In this document: piece by piece, positions 59,773 to 64,000 of the stretch | How the letters are laid out: every line of letters begins with the position of its first letter | How positions within the stretch are numbered: position 1 is the stretch's first letter | NCBI RefSeq assembly: GCF_018350175.1 | Contig: NC_058383.1 | Location: 1,054,001-1,118,000 of the forward strand | Length of the DNA: 64,000 nucleotides | Direction of reading: 5' to 3' | Source: Felis catus | Taxonomy: Eukaryota | Position numbers and translations under genes: made by a program | The notes under the pieces: model-generated | The model's database searches: none | Seen by the model: only the letters and a program-made list of their open reading frames with translations | Told to the model about the DNA's origin: nothing

Positions 59773-62700
59773 GAGGATTCTGGGAAGATGGCAAAGCAGA
59801 AACCATCAGGAATCAGTTTCCCCACCTAAGCAACAGTTACACTGGCAAAATCTGTCTGATGTAACTATTTTGGAACTCTGGAGTCTATTGAAGGCTTCCA
59901 ACTTTCAGGGGGAAGCCTTAGATAGGAAATTGCACTTGATCTTGGTCAGTTTCAACTCTTAGCACAGTAGCAGCTACCCACCCCTACCCCAAGACCAGTG
60001 TCAGTCACCTGTGCATGGGTTTCTGGAGCAGCTGGCATGCGGCTTGTGGGAGCCAGAGTGAATATCCACCAAATATCGAGGATCTTCCCCCTGATTGCTA
60101 AGTGCTGCTTCAGATCACAGAGGTGCAAAAAATGAGGGCAGCCATTGTTGCTGCACTTCCCCCATTGTGGCAAGCCCTTCCCCTACTACCTGAAGTGACT
60201 TCCAGAGGATTTAAAGGGCTGACGCGCTTCCCCTTCTCCTTCATTTCTTTCTCTGGAAGGAGGCCAGACATTAGAGACTAAGACCTTCAAATCAATTTTA
60301 TGTACAAGGGAAAGTTAGAAAGTGACTGTGCATGCCCAGGGAAAGGCCCAGGCTCAGAAAAGACCTGAGAAGAGATTAAGGATGATCTTTGGTGCAGAGA
60401 CAGGCTGCAATAATAGAAAAAACCCATAAAATAACCAAAAACAGTAAACCTTGGGGGAAGGGGAAGATTCTGATTTCCAGAGTTACAACATTATTAGATT
60501 CAAATGTCTAGTTTTCAACAAAAAATCACAAAGCATACATAGAAACAGGGAAATATGGCCAATTCAAAGGAAAATTCAATAGAAAGTATTCCTGAAAAAG
60601 CCCTGATGGCAGGTATACTAGACAAAGACTTTAAAACAACTGTCTTCAATATGCTCAAAAACTAAAGGAAGACCTTGAGAAAAATCAAGAAAATGACGTA
60701 CGAACAAAATGGAAATATCAATAAAGAGATAGAAAGAAATTCTGGAGCTGAAAACACAATAACTGAAATGAAAAATTCACCAGAATTTTCACCTCAAATC
60801 AAAGGTAGATTTGAGCAGACAAAAGAAAGAATCAGCAAACTAGAAGATAAAAAAAAAAAAAAACAATAGAAGCATTCGGTTTAAGGAACAGAACATAAAA
60901 AGATTAAAGAAAAGCAAACGGAGCCTAAGGAACCTGTTGGACAACACAAAAGACCGACATATACCTTATGGGAGATCTAGAAGAAAAAGAGAGAAAGGAT
61001 CGGAAAAAATCTTTGAGGAAATAATGGCTAAAAACTTCCCAAATGTGATGAAAGACAAGAATATAAACATCCAAGAAGGTCAATAAGTTCCAAGGAAGAT
61101 GAACTCATGGAGACCCACACTGGGACACATACTCAAATTCTGAAAAGCCCTAAGACAGAGAATCTTGAAAACAGCAAGAGAGAAGTGACTCATCACATAC
61201 AAGGGATTCTCAGCATATTTCTCATCAGAAACTCAGGAGGCAGAAGACAGTGGGGAATTGACCACAATTAATGTTTTATTATCTTAGGATATCCAAAGTG
61301 AAAGAACTGTCAACCAAGAAGTTCATTTTCAGTAAAACTGTCCTTCAAAGAGCAAGGGAGAGCGGCGCCTGGGTGGTTCAGCTGCTTGAGCGTCCAGCTC
61401 TTGATTTCGGCTCAGGTCACGATCTCACGGTTCATGAGATTGAGCTCCACATTGGGCTCCATGCTGACAGCACAGAGCGTATTGGGATTCTCTCTCTCCC
61501 TCTCTTTCTCTCTCTGCTCCTCCACTGCTTGTGCTTGTACTCTTTCTCTCTCTCAAAATAAATAAATACAAATTAAAAAAAACAAAAACAGAGCAGAGGA
61601 GGAATCAAGACATTTCCAGATAAACAAAAGCCGAGGGAGTGCATTTCCACTAGACCTGCATGGCAAGAAATGTTCAACATAATTGTGCAAGGTGAAAGGA
61701 AAGACACCACTAGGAAGTAATTCCAAACCACGTGAAGAAATCTATCTCATTAAAGGTAGTAAGTGGGCAATTATAAATGCTAGTATTATCATAATAACAG
61801 TTTGTAAGTCTTTTTGTTTCTACATGTTTTAAGAGACTAGTGTTTGTAAAAGAGACTAGTGTTTACACATGGGGGCACATAATGTGTAAAGATACAATTT
61901 TGTGATATCAGTGACCCTAAAGGGTGGGGACAGAGCCCTAAAAAACGTAGAGGTTTTGTTTGCTGGTGGAAATATAAATGAGTGTTATCATTTCAGGATG
62001 TTAAATGTAATCCTCCTGGTAGCCACAAAGGAAATAGGTATAGAACATACACAAAAGAAAATGAGAAAGGATTTAAAGGTTTAACTACAAAACAACAACA
62101 ACAACACAACTAAACACAGAAGACTAATGTATGTCATGAGAGACAGAAAAGCTAGGAGACATATAGAATACAAATAGCAAAATGACAGAAGAAAGTTCCT
62201 CCCATCAGTAATTATACTTCATGTAAATGTATTCAACTCCCATTACAAGACAGAGGTTGCAGAGGTTGGCAGAATGGATAAAAACACATGATGCAACTAT
62301 ATGCTATCTATAAGAGACTCACTTTAGATCCAAAGGCAAAAATAGATGGAAAGTGAAAGGACGGAAAAAGATATCCATTTAAATGCTGGCCAAATGAGAG
62401 CAGAGGTGACTCTACTGATACAGACAAGAATGGACTTTAAATCCAAAACGGTTGTGAGGGACAAATAAGGGCATTATGTATAAAGGTTCAAACAAAAAGA
62501 TACAACAGTTATAAACATTTATACACCTACTAACAGACTGAAAATGTATGAAGCAAATACTGACAGAATCGAAGGGAGAAATAGTTCTAAAAGTTGGAGG
62601 CTGCAACACCCCATTCTAAATAATGGATAAAACAATCAGACAGATCATATGTAAGGAAATAGAAGACTTAATACCATACATCAACAACATCTAACAGACA

Positions 62701-64000
62701 TGTGTGGGCCGGTCTAGTATCAACAGCATACACATTCTTTTCAAGCACATATGGGACATTTTATAGGATAGACCATATGTTGGACCACAAGTTAAGTCTC
62801 AATAGATTTTATTTTATTTTTTCTTTAGATTTTATTTCTTTTGACAGAGAGAGAAAGAGAGCTCATGCATGTGGGTAAGCGGGGGAGGGGCAGAGAGAGA
62901 AGGAGAGATTCCCAAGCAGGCTGCTCTCAGTCAGCACAGAGCCCAATGCCGAGCTCAGTCCCACAAACCATGAGATCGTGACCTGAGCCAGGATCAAAAG
63001 TCGGACGCCTAAGTGAGCCCCTCGGGCACTCCAAGTCTCAATAGATTTTAAAAGATACAAAGAATCTTCACCCACAACAGAATGAGATTAGAAATCAACA
63101 ACAGAAGTAAACTGGAAAATTTACAGATTTGTGTACATTAAAGACACACTCTTAAAGAACCAGTGAATCAAAAAAGAAATACAAAGGGAATTAGAAAATA
63201 CTTAGAAACAAATGAAAATGAAAACACACATACCAAAACTTGCGGGATGCAGTAAAACCAGTGTTAAGGGGGAAATGTATAGCCATACACACATTTTTTA
63301 AAAAGGGATCTCAAACTGATGATCTAACTTTACAATTTCAGGAATTAGAAAAAGAAAAACAAACTAAACGCGAAGCTAGCAAAAGGAAGGAAATAATAAA
63401 AATTAGAGAAGAGATAAATAAAAGAATATTAAAAAATAGAGGCAAATCAATGCAGAAAGATCAACGAAGTTGACAAAACTTTAGCTGTATGGATTAAGGA
63501 AAAAATAGAGAAGACTCAAGTTAGAAAAATCAGAAATGAAAGTAGGGACATTATCAATTCTACAGAAATAAATGGATTATAAGAAAGAACTTATTAACAA
63601 CAAATTAAATAACCTAGATGAAATGGACAAATTCCTCAAAACACAAAATCTACCAAGAATAAATCATGAAGAAATAGAAAATCTGAACAGGACTATAACT
63701 AGTAAGGAGTGTGAGTCAACTATTCAAAAATGTTCCAATAAGTAAAAAATCAGGACCAGATGGCTTCACTGGTGAATTCTACCAAGCATTAAAGAAGAAT
63801 TAACACCAATTCTTCTTAAACTTTTGCAAAAATTTAAAGAGGAGGGAACACTTCCTACCTAACTCATCTAATGAGGCCGGCATTGCTCTGATATCAAAGC
63901 CAAAGACACTGCAAGAAAGGAAAACGATGTATCTAATATCCCTTATGACCACTGATGGAAAAATCCTCAACAAAATACTAGCAAACCAAATTCAGCAAAA
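59773..64000 (+). mobile_element. 5'-intact but decayed old L1 (5' UTR, ORF1 about 60550-61740, ORF2 from about 62180) running off the window; nested SINEs at about 61362-61590 (+) and 62812-63032 (-)
   Basis: Starts gaggattctgggaagatggc (YY1-type motif). ORF1-like IKGRFEQTKERISKLED; ORF2 endonuclease start and caggaccagatggcttcactggtgaattctacca; many stops and frameshifts. 18-bp TSD aagtctcaatagatttta. Confidence 0.92.

Noticed and set aside
60550..64000. Active L1 ORF1/ORF2
   Set aside because: Many stops and frameshifts and two SINE insertions.
1..64000. CRISPR arrays, rRNA genes or prokaryotic systems
   Set aside because: This is mammalian DNA; no regular repeat-spacer array or rRNA-like sequence was seen.

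Overview
Mammalian genomic DNA, almost certainly a felid: it carries about 27 carnivore tRNA-derived SINEs, including young SINEC_Fc-type copies with intact target-site duplications. The region is GC-rich and corresponds to the human 7p22.3 C7orf50-ZFAND2A interval. Two genes lie in tandem on the minus strand. (1) The 5' end of C7orf50 (cholesin) has a CpG-island promoter and non-coding exon 1 at about 17.9 kb and an intact first coding exon at 9552-9674; the rest of the gene lies left of the window. (2) ZFAND2A (AIRAP) spans about 28.8-37.2 kb and looks like an in-place (unitary) pseudogene. The ATG-bearing exon cannot be found, the exon-4 splice acceptor is GG instead of AG, exon 4 has an in-frame TGA, and five zinc ligands of the two AN1 fingers are substituted. 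Its CpG-island promoter (CRE, GC boxes, NRF1-like site, imperfect HSE) is still present. The rest is intronic or intergenic DNA with L1, L2, MaLR, ERV1/ERVL and hAT remnants, several of them nested. Orthologue and repeat-family assignments come from recalled protein and consensus sequences, not from a database search. Repeat boundaries are approximate, and nearly all ORFs in the supplied track are spurious.
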